A stretch of DNA of 61,220 bases, the filler included, from Basidiobolus ranarum (taxonomy: Eukaryota): assembly GCA_040143965.1 (NCBI GenBank). It is 2 parts of 2 records of this genome, joined end to end, with 100 filler letters (N's around TTAATTAATTAA, not from the genome) between each part and the next. Parts side by side here need not be neighbours in the genome. Positions count along the whole stretch, not along the records: positions 1 to 30,601 come from JASJQH010006973.1; 1 more part is not named here. One strand, given 5' to 3'. This document shows, in pieces, positions 13,251 to 25,895 of this stretch; the stretch's first letter is position 1; every line of letters starts with the position of its first letter. The translations under genes and the position numbers were made by a program. The notes below the pieces were generated by a model. It was not told where the DNA came from. It saw nothing but the letters and a program-made list of their open reading frames with translations, and ran no database searches.

Positions 13251-14837
13251 CTACTTTTGCTTTTCGTCTTCAGGTTGCATATAGCATCCGGGGGGTACCA
13301 TAGCTGGGTAGGGCATAAAATCCATCGGCGGTGGCGGTAGAGGAACTCCATACTCATCACAATAGACTCCCATAGGCGGTAGGAATTCCTCGGGCACATG
13401 AAAATGATCCGGGAACATACCTGGGTCGTATATAGGCATATCAGGATATGGTGGCATATAACCCTCAGGAACAGGGTAGCCTGAAAAGGCTGCTGGATCC
13501 GGACATACAGGAGGAAAGGGTGTACCAGGCACCACCGGATACCCATAGGCATATGGGTCAGGATAGTAAGGCCCAGGAATATACATACCTTGATCCTAAA
13601 AAAAAGAATGAATTTACAAGTCCCAAAATAAGAGATTCATTGATTCATATTTACGTGCGACATAGGATATGGATATTGCGGATAGGGCGTGACAAAAGGC
13701 GGTACCTTCAATTTATAAGAATCAATAAATGTGAAGAGTAACATCAATGAACGATATTAAAGATAAACATAACTTACTTCAGAATACTGAGATGTTCGGT
13801 TGCTTTGCTCAGCGTGCTCGGAACTGTCAATATTGTGGCGAGTAGGCTGGGGTGAGCTATTTTGCGATGGTGCATTAGATGAATATATGCTATTCGATCT
13901 ACTCGGTGGAGGTATTGTGGGAAGGGGTTTGGCCCCAGGGCCCGCTGAACCGATGTGAGGAGTCATGTCACCCTCAGTTCCATAAGATGAGCTGGGTCTA
14001 TCAAGATCCGGTTTGCTGGTGTTAGTTGGAATGGGCTGCGTGCTACTACGTCTTGGTGCACTATTTTCCATATTGCTAATAGGTGATCCGGCAGGTTTTA
14101 TGTTTCCTAAAGGTTGATCCTTTTGGTTGCTTGCAATAGCTATAGGAGTAGTTGGTGTGGGAGCACTCAATGGAATTATCGGCGTACCAGTCTTGCTTAC
14201 AATTGGTGAGGGAGTAAATGGGGAAATATACGGCAATGGCGGTGGGTGTTTTTGACCGTCCTAAATAACGAGCATGAGTTTTATGTATAGTATATACTAT
14301 ATGATTGAAGGTGTAGAATCTTTGTGACTCTCTTTTCTTCATAAACAGGTTTTGATTATTAGCAAATAGTGCTTTTCAACTTACCACTGGAAAGAAAGTA
14401 AACTCTAAGTACACTTCACCGGCTGGCTCCCCTTTATCTTTCAATTCGAACCAACCTAAAAAAAATAACCACATCAGTAAATATTAAATACTATTTGAAA
14501 AGTAGGAAGGATAATTACTGTCGAGTTGATAATGTGTTATAGCTGGACTAAAATCAACTTCACTTTCACCAATAAAAGCATGTTCTCTAAGATTTTGGTC
14601 ATAACATTTAACTACGACTTTGTGTACACCTTCAGTTATATCAAACGTAAGACGTTCGTTCCAAGTAGGCTTCTGACCTCCATTTTTATCTGCTTTAGTA
14701 CGTTGACGTGAATTTCCAAGCTCAAACTGAAGAAAAGGATCCTGTTTTCCGATCTTTTGGACCACTCTCAATTCTCTACCCTTACATGGTCTGACCTCTA
14801 GAGTTCCTAAAGATTTGGTTTTCTTCTTGATAACCAT
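13251..14837 (-). CDS. C2-domain protein with long Pro-rich tail, Fic1/Inn1 (cytokinetic ingression protein)-like (multi-exon)
   Basis: N-terminal C2 domain LGTLEVRPCKGRELR..KQDPF..RTKADKNGGQKPTWNERLTF. Ser/Pro-rich exon 13757-14236 and Pro/Tyr-rich last exon 13251-13586 carry many PxxP motifs. Confidence 0.75.
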
Positions 14838-16353
14838 AACTGCGTACAATTAAGTAAATACTATAAAGAAGTTATCAAAAAATGATAGGCAATGTCCAAG
14901 AGGAGAAGGAATAAAATAACCGTGTTTCTATAATGGGATTTACCATTCACTCAAAAACAAGTAAATATTTAAAAGTACAGGGTTAGAAAATTGTACAAAG
15001 TTCTAAAGAGGACAGAATAAAGATTTTTTAAGAAATATCTTGAATCACAGTTGAACGCTAAAAGGAGAAAAGAAAGTACTACCGCAAAATATCCTCCTAA
15101 AGAAGTAGAAGCACACTGAAGAAACAACGTGCGACTTTTGGTTGAGAATTAAGGGAGATCATTTTACTCCGATATAAACTCTGTTTCATATAGCCTAATA
15201 ATTCTGTTGAGTTTTTGTATAAATTAAAATATGTACTAATATTATAGGCTACTTGCACTTCAAAACCATCGAATTGTACCCAGTGGAAGTCTGGAATTTC
15301 GATCGTTTTGTACATGTGACGTGCAGACTTAACAAGAAAAGCAACACTAACTCCCAAATGAATATCGTTGTAGTGCCATTCTGAGCGTTCCCTGTTGTTT
15401 TTCGGTCACTCGCAGGGGACTTGTTCGACCCATCTGGAATTTACTTTTCTCATCTGGGAACAAAGATCTAGAGTTATTGCATGTTTTGATACTCATGCAT
15501 AAAATAAAAGATCCACTCATTTCGGAAGCATTTCGATTGTACTAATATAAGGATGCATCAAATGAGATCATCTTTGGTAAGCAAATAAGTTTACCACACC
15601 TGATGACCAACGATCTATAAAAAGATAATATAAATGTCATTAACTGAATATGTATAGAGTAAGACGCTTTGATCTGTTCATCGGCCCCAGTTGTATGACT
15701 TGATATTAACGTAGCAATTAGACATTAGGATGAACTAACTTCTGAATTTCAAGGAGTTTTTGGGGCACAGTTGATCTAGCCAATCATGACTTCTCCATAG
15801 GTTCGATCTATTCTATACTTCTAGGTACTAACTCTCGATCGTATACATCACATATACACAGATTACCTTTCGCTTCTTCTGGTCTACAAACCTTTACTTA
15901 ATACGATTTTATCTAGCCGTAAGTGTTCTATGATTACTGAGTGGCAGTGCCTCTCTCTTCTTATGGTACCGACTAGTCTATATAAGGCTCTTCGCTGATT
16001 CCGCTGGTATGAAGATGTTTCTTTCGTCAAGGATGATACTGTCCACCCGATATATCCATTGATAGTAATAAGATTTCATCCATGGACAAGTCACATGCTA
16101 TTCTTAGATTTACGAGCAAATCAACATGAAAGGGAGCGTACGAGTTTACAGGTGTGGTATAGCTGTAATCAGACATCACAATTTTTATTTTCTATGAGAT
16201 TTGCAATAACCGAAAACAGTCCAAAGTGATCATTTTTATGTCGAAAAAGTCATGCAGGATTGGTATGTGGGTAAGTAAAAGAGGAATGGTATGACACGGT
16301 AATAGGAAGATAAAATAATATAGAAAAAAGAAGTACAATTAAAGTGATCGAAT

Positions 16354-18669
16354 TTAGAAGAACAATAGTTCAGTGTTCTTAGGTAAAGGCCAGAATTTGT
16401 CGGCAACAAGATCTTCCAATTGATCAGACAATTCACGAACACGATCCACGAGTCCAACAATAGTATCACAGGTGGCCTTAGCTTGCTCTTCGTGTTCCAT
16501 TTCCATTACCTTCTCAACTTGCTCAAGCATGTTTTCATTCTGTGCTTGGAGTTCAGTAAGGATAGGACTCAAACGATTCAAGAGTGAGATTTCAGGCTCA
16601 CTAGCAACATTAATTGATGCCATGGCGGCGGCAGAGGTGGCAAGTTCTCTTCTGTATTCAAAAGCGGCAGGAAGCACTTGTTGATGAACCATTGTACGTA
16701 ATGTGTTAGCCTCCATAATGACATCCTTGGAGTATCTTTCGATAAGAATGTGATATCTGGAGTTCAACTCTGACTCGGTAAAGACACCGGTAGTCTTGAT
16801 GAGCATGTCTCTATGAACATCAAGGCGAAGTTGGTTGAAGGCTTCGACGGAGCTACGAATATTGGGAAGACCGCGCTTTTCAGCTTCTTGAGCCCAAGCC
16901 TCAGAGTAGTTATCTCCTTCGAAACGAACGGGCTTGGTGGAAGTGATGAATTGCTTAATGACAGCTACCTTATCAGCATCGGTAACAAAGTCCTTAGTTC
17001 CCTTTTGTTTCAAGAGAGCTTCGGTAATGTCTTCCAAAGCAGAAGCGACAGCGGCGTTAAGAACGGTAACAGGGAAAGCAGGTGATTGCTTGGAACCGAC
17101 AGCACGGAATTCGAATTTGTTACCAGTGAAGGCGAAAGGAGATGTACGATTACGATCAGTCAAATCACGGGAGATGTTAGGAAGGGAAGCAACCTTAACG
17201 TCCAAGACAGTTCCACCAACCTTGATGGATTGGATATGAGGTTGGGAGAAAGTTTTCACAGGGCGAGACTCCTCAATAGAGTTAAGTACTTCATTAAGGT
17301 GCTCACCAAGGAAAGCAGAGACAATACCAGGAGGGGCTTCAGCAGCACCAAGACGATGGTCATTAGCGGCGCTAGCAATAGAAGCACGAAGGAGACCACC
17401 ATGCTTGTGAACGGCGTGAAGAGTTGCCAACAAGAAGAGCAAGAAACGATAGTTAGTTTCAGGCTTAACAGTAGGATCAAGAAGGTTTTCACCGCGATCG
17501 GTGGACAAAGCCCAGTTGCAATGCTTTCCGGAACCATTAACACCCTTGAAAGGCTTCTCATGATACAAGACCTTCAAGTTATGTTTGTGAGCAACCTTAT
17601 GGATAACCTCCATAGTAACAAGATTGTGATCAACGGCAACAACGGCTTCTTCGAAGATAGGAGCAACTTCGAATTGAGCAGGTGCGACTTCATTATGGCG
17701 AGTTTTGATGGGAATACCAAGTTTGGTGAGCTCGAGCTCAACTTCACTGATAGCAGCCAAGACGCGGGTAGGCATTCTACCGAAGTAATGATCTTCCATC
17801 TGTTGATGCTTAGGAGGAAGGTTACCGATCAAAGTACGTCCACAAGTTTTTAAATCAGGACGAAGGGCATAAAGAGCGCGATCGACAAGGAAAAATTCCT
17901 GTTCCGTACCAAGAGTAGTATGTACACGGTTGACAAGGGGGGGAACACCAGCAGGGACAGGTTGAAGGAGATTCAACAATCTGGATGATGCCTTGGAAAC
18001 GGCCTCGCAAGAACGAAGGAGAACAGTTTTCTCATCTAAAGCATCACCATTGTATGAGATGAATACTGAAGGGATATACAAGACAGAGGTGTTGTGGGGG
18101 CCAGGTTGGATGAACATAGGACTGGTAGTATCCCATACAGTGTATCCACGAGCTTCGAAAGTGGTTCTCATACCACCTGATGGGAAACTAGAAGCATCAG
18201 GTTCAGATTGAAGAAGTTGAGATCCAGAAAGAGCTTCAACGGCGAAAACCTATTCAAGCTAGAGTCAGATACAAGTAAAAATGGTATAATGAATGATACA
18301 GAAACTCACCTCATCAGCAGGGCCGGTTCTTAAAGTCAAAAATGAATCATGCTTCTCGGCGGTGGTGCCAGTTTGAGGTTGGAACCAGTGAGAATAATGA
18401 GTAGCACCACGCTCCATAGCCCAGACACGGGCAGCATGGGCAACTGCATCAGCAGTGACTTTGTCAAGATGCTGGCGACCTCTAACTTGCTTAAGGAATT
18501 GGCCAAAAATAGGTTTTGGCAAGGCTTTGGAAAGAGCTTTAAGAGTAAGGACATTTTGACCATAGAATTCGGAGGGATAAATTCCTCTTCCGTTGGTGGT
18601 AGGATATTCGACCTTGCGAGAAGGTCTGTGAACACTGTTCATGATTGCTTGAATTCTAGATTGACTCAT
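16354..18669 (-). CDS. glnN: Glutamine synthetase type III (GSIII), two coding exons, intron 18250-18309
   Basis: GSIII signature motifs: HYSHWFQP..AEKHDSF, EPDASSFPSGG (restored by splicing GTGAGT..TAG), TFEARGYTVWD, GTEQEFFL, HNEVAPAQFE, EKPFKGVNGSGKHCNW, RLGAAEAPP, DRNRTSPFAFTGNKFEFR. Length over 700 aa fits GSIII, not GSII. Confidence 0.95.
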
Positions 18670-21600
18670 TTTGAAACCTGTCCTGTTATAAACTTACGAA
18701 ATAATCGAATAAGAGGAAGGGGTGGAATAATGTTAACAGTACTCTCGCGTCAATTTATAGAATTTGAACTAAGATTGAGCTCGATCAAAATATTACCCAA
18801 TCAAACAAACTATTCGAGTACGTCATGCTACAATCCAGCACAAAAGCGACACAAGGAGAAGAATTATGCCAATTCTACAAACAGGATATTTAATAAGCCA
18901 TACGCAGGGAGATTTGGATCATTTAAAACTGGATATGAAGTAGGCTTCGCGTGGCGAAGAAATGAAACAATTTATCAATATAAGTCAGAATGATTAATGC
19001 GCTACAGTAGTCAAATATTACACGAAGTACCATCAATTTCCATGTCCAAATCCATCTCCAGCGTGTGGATGATAAAAATAAAAAAGAATGATTTATGGTA
19101 TGACAAATGACTGTGTGAGCATTTTTTTCCAGCACAAAGATAGGCCAAATAGATCTGATTCGTGCAGGAAGTTTGCAAATGATGAACTCGAAAAAAGTGA
19201 TTTGTTATCAATAGATAAGTATCAAGACTTCGAAAAAAACCGGGCAGACTCCGTTGATAGCGAACTTTTCGGAACCATTTCAGGTAGATGTATTATGATT
19301 CATTAGGAACAAGAACCCATTTAGGATGTAGAATGTGAATCTACCCACTTTAAGTTGCTCGTTGTGTTTAGGGCTCTTTACAGGCCTAAAGGGTGCACAA
19401 GACCAATGAAGTCTAAATTCCGAGCCCCTCATAAATGGCAATTGGTCGTGATTCTAATTTGGCTCATTTTTAATGCTACAGGACCAAAGTCACATAGGAT
19501 CACTAGAATATAGAGCTCTATATGGTTTGAGAATACTTACATTACATGATATTTTTGTTTAGCCTAGTGCTGTAGAATGTTACAACTTTAACCTTTTCTC
19601 TGTACACTGCCTTGTGTCTTGCTCTCGCCAGCAACTAGATTATCTTTGTATTTCGTTGCCAAGTGATAGCACTGCTGACTGGACTGTATACAATATTTTT
19701 ATAGTAAGCGCAACATCTTAATTTGTGATTGATATCCTCCAACTGGTTTTGTTCAAGCAATGCTCACTCCAATCTACAATGCGTTTATTGATCTGTAAGT
19801 TTCTCAAAGTTTCACTTGAGGGTTTACCACATTTTATTGGCATTTTAATGCACATGCTTTCATGGGTGCGAATTATCATGACGGTGGGAAGATATGGCAT
19901 AAGTGAGGTTGGGCATTGATTAGAAGTTAAATCAGAGTGATTGTTTCGTCTTGATCGGAAAAGGATGATAATTGCAGGGTTCAACTTCATCATTAGTAAG
20001 TTAAATATCAAATGACAAGGTCTCTATACCTTTCAAAACGCCCTCTTTGGAATCAGTTGCTGGAGTTATGTGTTAAATCAAGCTTGCCAGTAACGGGATT
20101 ATGCTTAGTAGCTCTTATTTTGTGTCGCTATGGTAGTTGATTTGGCGAGATATCAGGCCGATTTTGATAGAAGGGTTTAGGATACTTCTACTCGGAGAGT
20201 AGCCTCGACTGTGTTTGTAATATAGCTCACATCACTGTAGAAGTGCTTTTAGGCGGTTGATTCATCACCATAGTAGTGTTGAGTGTTGAATGTTGTGAAA
20301 CAATATAAGAGTGGATCGGCTATCGATGAAGTCGATGTATGCATTTATCCGACCTCTGGTAGAGGCTTAGTATGGTCCTGGGTGCTGAATAGAATGGTTG
20401 ATGTAATGTCGCGCAGTCTGAAACCATGGTAGTTAAATTAGCTAGCTTTAAACGATCTGAATATACACCAAGGATGTCCTTTTTTGACACAGCTGCATAT
20501 TCGATTGTATGTGAACCACTGAGCCTACCAAGAGTCCCGAGTTATAGTATAGTCGTGATTCATCCAGCCCTCGAGCCCTACTGGATTGAAGTTGATAGAC
20601 TGGTAGTTCCCAAATATCCGCTTTTGAGAGGACAATGTGGGTCATTCGACGTTTCTTTTGGTAGTTTTCTGGCGAATTTAATGTCGGTCACACCTATCAA
20701 TGAGGGATAAATAGGGAGAGATCACCAAAAATGGATTGTATCAGGGAGTTAGAAAATTAATTGTTGAGGTAATTGAACAACAACTGGTATTTCTAATGTT
20801 TATGAGCAAACTGTGCTTAAGGTACTTGACGTGATCAATTAATTGATCACCAAATCTGAATGATTCCAGCAGCTCCAACTAATCAGAAATAATGATTACT
20901 CAAATATGACATCAATCACACTCGAGCTGCTGGATGAATATCGAACTTACTGACAGTTGTTTAAAACGGAACAAATTTACTGATTAATTGTTACATTTCG
21001 TCACTTACTTGCACAAACTTGTCTAATCAGAGTGACTATATCCACGATTTACAAATGACTCCATTTGATATTGATAGGATAGCTCCTTGCAAACCATGGC
21101 AATTCAAGTAGCTCCACTTTTCCCATTTCCTAACAAGAACACGGTATATCTTTGGCGTATATACATCGAAGCTAGATAAATTCAGAGCAATATCTATAAC
21201 AGCCCAAGAGATTGCATAAAGGTGGCAAGATACATTTAGTAAAGCTCAAAATCAATATAATTGGGATTAAAGATTATCTACATTAGTCTTCTATTTTCAC
21301 TATTAGTAATAGCCATTATTAATCAATCATCCATATTGATAACTATGCTTACCAATTCTTTGTCTTATTTATCCATCAATTAGTCATATATGTAGAGTAA
21401 CTATCTTCCTATTTTGATCCCATCCCATCCCATCCAATGCTATGCTATTTCTTATCTACTGAGGCAATTTGTAATCGCTTTATAATTAGTCTTCCATCAT
21501 GATCCAATCAAGTTATTGTCAGGACATCACCTATTTGATTACTCACTAACGTCTGATTCTCTAACTCACTCATAGCATATCTTTTACTTATTGTGGGCTG

Positions 21601-22814
21601 ATTCTAGAAGTTTGGTAAGCATATAGGTGATTTATAATAATGTATAAGAGATAAGCTCCAACATTCAGTGCTTAGAAATGTGTCCAAGTTTCGCAATATC
21701 GAGGGCCTGGAAATAGTCACTGGTAAAATACCAATTTACAAGAATGTGAGCTCAAAACTAATTTAAGAGTACTAAATACAAATGTCAGTAACGTCATTAA
21801 AGATAGCGGAGTCCCTTCATAATGTCAGAGGCTTTTTTCTGAGCTCTGATTAAACTGTGTGTTAAATAGAAAGTTGAATCATTGGGTGAATTCAAAGATA
21901 TGACATTAAACATCAATTGAAAAAAGTGAATCAGTTATGTGCAAAAGTGTACCCTATAAATACTAAGTATGCACTCATGATTTCGGTGGATACCAATGGA
22001 ACTTGGATATAATGTTACAATCTACCATTTTGTAGACAATGGAGTGTATCTCAGTTGAGGCAATATTAATGTTTGTTGGATTCCGCGAAAGTTTTGTCTA
22101 CAATATTTTATGTCGAAAAGTTTGCTAGTTACATAACTAATTGCAGTCAGATTCTTTCTAATCACAACTTGGGAATGCAAAATGAGCTTCACAAACCGCT
22201 AGAATCTTTTCTATGCCTGTGATCTTAATCAGGTGCACAGTTTGATTGGTCTTCCACCAAGTGTGGTAATATTTGCATATAGTAGATAGAGCAACTTGAT
22301 TGTTTAACGTTTGTACAGGATTGAATTTACCATGTCACATAGTCATCATCTTTGGGAGTTTTGTACTGTTAATTGATAGCGCAAGTTTTACTTTGATACT
22401 GTCATATTGGTTCTGGGTATCCAGTATTTCACTTTTATCAGTACATGTCAGGTTAGTCCTCTAGTTCATGGTATTCATGTGGTCAGTTGTACAAAATGTC
22501 ATATTCACTAAAGTTTCACTCCGTGAGAAAGTGTAAACTAGAGTTCAGAATCTCTCACGATCTGATTATTGTCTGCGTTAAGAACGGGTTTTGGTATGCC
22601 AATCAATGATACACCCTGGTCACGGGATACATGTTGGTATATCAGTGTTACACATGTGCAATACTTAAGTCCAAGTTCATTTAGCTATTCACAGTCGATA
22701 GTATAAAAAAATATAGCACTATCTTTAGATATTTGTTGTTTGAGGATCTAATTATATATTGGGTTTAGTTTATTCGAGCTTTGAAGTATTAAGTAAATTA
22801 AGATACAGAAATGT

Positions 22815-24344
22815 CTATACATCACTTCTAACCTTCCTAATTAGATTGTTCATTGCTTGATATGTTCCTAGACAACAACAGAGTATGCCAACTGTTACAA
22901 TGATTCCGGACCAAATAAATTTGGTTGCTGATGCGTTTCGTACTCCAAATAATTTAAAGTTGAACAATACTGGCAGAACGAAGATTAGCATTGAGTTGGA
23001 AATGGCTCCTAACAAGGTCATCACATCTGAGAAGAAGTGTAATTTGATCGCAACTACAGCTGCCGAGAATATTAGAATGCTCCTAAATAAGGCACGAGTT
23101 AGGAACTCTCTCGCAGGGGACATATGGGCAAGATCGATATTCAGGTTAGTCTCTGCTTCAAGAGATAGCGAGGCTAATAAGATGGGATTTGTCAAGAGTA
23201 CATGGGCGGTGATGACGGAAACCGCCAGAGTTAGATAAGCTCCAGACGGTAGATTGGCTAAAATGGGCGACTGAGTTTTGTCCCCGTATACGTAATATCC
23301 TACAATGGCGGTCAGAAGGTACATCCCGGCTACCGTGAGAATAGAATAGCCGTATACTTTTGGCCATGATTTACGGTCCTTCATACTATGTTCTACATGT
23401 GGAAAAACACAATTTCCTCCGAATGAAAATCCGATAGCTGCAAGTACAGATGGAAATGCGCCAATATTTGCAAATGTATGGGAATTTGATAGATTAGCAG
23501 GTAAATCTATAATTCCCAATACAATGATCACCACCACCATAATAACTGTGGAGAACGCTCCAAAGAAGCTCAGGATGGCAACCTCCTTCAAGGTTTTCAT
23601 CAAAACAAAAGGTAACCAGGTTACCAAAGCACATACAATAACCCTGATGTATAACAATTTCAGTTAACGTTATTGATAATAAAGATGAGAATGTCGGTAT
23701 TACCAAGTGGTTTCGTCCCAGTTTGGGAGAAAAGAGCTACAAAGAGCAGTTAAGTTGGTCGCGGCGAGAATGAGAAAGAGTGCTGAAGAGCCAAACAGGA
23801 TAGTCCAGGTAAAGAATGTAACAATTTTCTTTCCAATGGGACCAAATGCTGCTTCACCTACTTCAGGTAGACTATTCAGCCGAATGCTAAATGGTCAGAA
23901 AATAATTAGAGATGGACGAAAGGCTGACTCTAGATCTCAAACCATACCCATCAACATATAGGCATTTTATCAAGAGATTCCCTGTATAATATACAATGGT
24001 AGCACAAAGCAGTATGCTGAGAATACCGATCCACCCGCCTTCCATGAGACAAAGAGGAAGTTGAAGAATGCCAGTTCCTGCCATTATACAACTACGATGT
24101 GTGAGAATATGGACCATTAGATTCAAGAATATGATATTCCTACACAAGATTGAAATACGCGCCAAGATTAGAGCCATGATTTCCTTCATCAAACAACTCG
24201 TTTTCGGAAGCATTCGGCTTATGAGACTCTGTTATCCAAAAGTCAGTTATAGAATCACAAGTAAATAAAGCAATGACAGGTACCTATAGCGCCAATACTA
24301 TCGTAGGTATGGTATGTAGTCGAGGTGAGTGGCTTGTAGTCCAT
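22815..24344 (-). CDS. AAAP/Aa_trans family amino-acid transporter (Avt1-like), multi-exon
   Basis: Spliced N-terminus ...GSNLGAYFNLVCIMAGTGILQLP..EGGWIG, then IGFSFGGNCVFPHVEHSMK and GYYVYGDKTQSPILANLP, with multiple hydrophobic helices. Confidence 0.9.
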
Positions 24345-25345
24345 GTTCGGTGTATTTTGAGGCGAGATCAATTTTGTCTTGGAATGTGTATGGCCAAAAG
24401 AGTTAACGCAAAATGGTGTCTGCTGAATAATATACAAGATGGAGCGAATATGTCAATGAAGGCCAGGAGTGTGCTTGACAGAGGGTACTGATGAGTTGGA
24501 TCTGTGTCGAAGAAAGCTTATTTATGTATATCAAGAAACAGTCACTGTCAACTGATCCAGTTAAGTGGAATGCTTACTGTAGTTAATTTCAAGTGGGAAG
24601 AAAATCATCGCCGTTTATTGGCAAATTGGTAAACCTGAAACATCTTAATCATCCGATCATATTGCTGAAAATGAAACTTGCGTGATGTATCTTGAAAAAA
24701 TGGATTTCGACTACCACATGACACTAGTTCTCTTGGATTTGAATCAGGTGGATTACCACGAACGCCTAATAACAAGCATGACCTATGAAATCGGAAGAAA
24801 AGAGCGTAGCAGCCTCTAAGAAGCCTCGTATGAAATGCTGTGCCAAGATCCGAGATTTGTTTTTCTTGGTGAGGGAGCATTGCGTGAATTGTGACGTTCT
24901 GGTTGTATTGTTTATCTTTGGAATGCGGTGGTGTTGCGGATAATTGCACATTTAGGATACGGTTGGGTCTTGTGACATCTTGAGAGCTTGCTGCACATCT
25001 TGACTCAATGTGGCTGGACGAGATCTCTGGGGTTACTAGTTCAAATGATGCTTGATCACTTGACTACTACAGTGGTTTTTTAGGATCACAGAATCAAATT
25101 CCGATTGCAAAAATACCATATTCATTGCAGCTAATATAGCAGGGCTAAATTAGAAAATTCACTGCTGACTAGATGCATGATGATCAATTGTACTACAGGT
25201 TTCAGTATATATGCTTTGGATTTTAATTCTTGGGAAACCTTCTTTCACATTCTTGCAGTGGACCAATACAATAACCAAAAGAAGATAGTGGGGGTGTCAA
25301 TATTGTTATACCTTGGTTGGATAGCTGCCCTTTTTCACTATGCCA

Positions 25346-25895
25346 TAGAGAAGTTGGTGGTTTTCACTTATTGATCTATTGAGTATTCAGTTGACATTTA
25401 TAGTTTTGTCAAGATGTAAATAAACTCACATGTAGAATGTGTTAAGGAAGGTCCCAGGAACATGTGTGCAAAGCTTGGGGCTTCTAGCACAAGTTTGAAA
25501 AATCCATACATCTGAGAACTTCTAAGTTGGTAAAAATATTCTAAGTAAATTCCTCATGAGAATGATAGGTAATATCTGTTGAAATTAGCATTGCCTAAAC
25601 ACCTATATAGTCATATATAGCTTAGTACTTAGTTATCTTATAATTCACTAAGATATTTTCCATTATTCTCAATTGGAATTTACTTAGAAGTTCTCAGATA
25701 TATAGATTTTAGCCCCAAACTTTGCACACATGTTCCTGGGACCTTCCTTAACACATTCTACACGTTAGTTTGTTTACATCTTGACAAAACTATAAATGTC
25801 AACTGAATACTCAATAAATCAATAAGTGAAAACCGCCAATTTCTCTAATTCTCCAAACCACTTCCAACAGGCTCCCAAATACTTTAACAAATAAG
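25346..25895. mobile_element. Fold-back / MITE-like element with long imperfect inverted repeat arms
   Basis: Left arm starts at 25346 (TAGAGAAGTTGGTGGTTTTCACTTATTGA...GGAAGGTCCCAGGAACATGTGTGCAAAG) and is the near-exact reverse complement of the arm ending at 25847 (CTTTGCACACATGTTCCTGGGACCTTCC...TCAATAAGTGAAAACCGCCAATTTCTCTA). A diverged copy lies near 60708-60842. Confidence 0.8.

Noticed and set aside
16472-18993. Long + strand ORFs (e.g. 17086-17853, 18349-18993) opposite GSIII
   Set aside because: Antisense shadows of a codon-biased gene. Similar shadows overlie RPL12, CCT4, MCM5 and the flippase, and none shows recognisable motifs.
19600-22700. Possible decayed gene or retroelement in the long intergenic stretch
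   Set aside because: Only short ORFs with many stops. No RT, integrase, transposase or other motif I could recognise.
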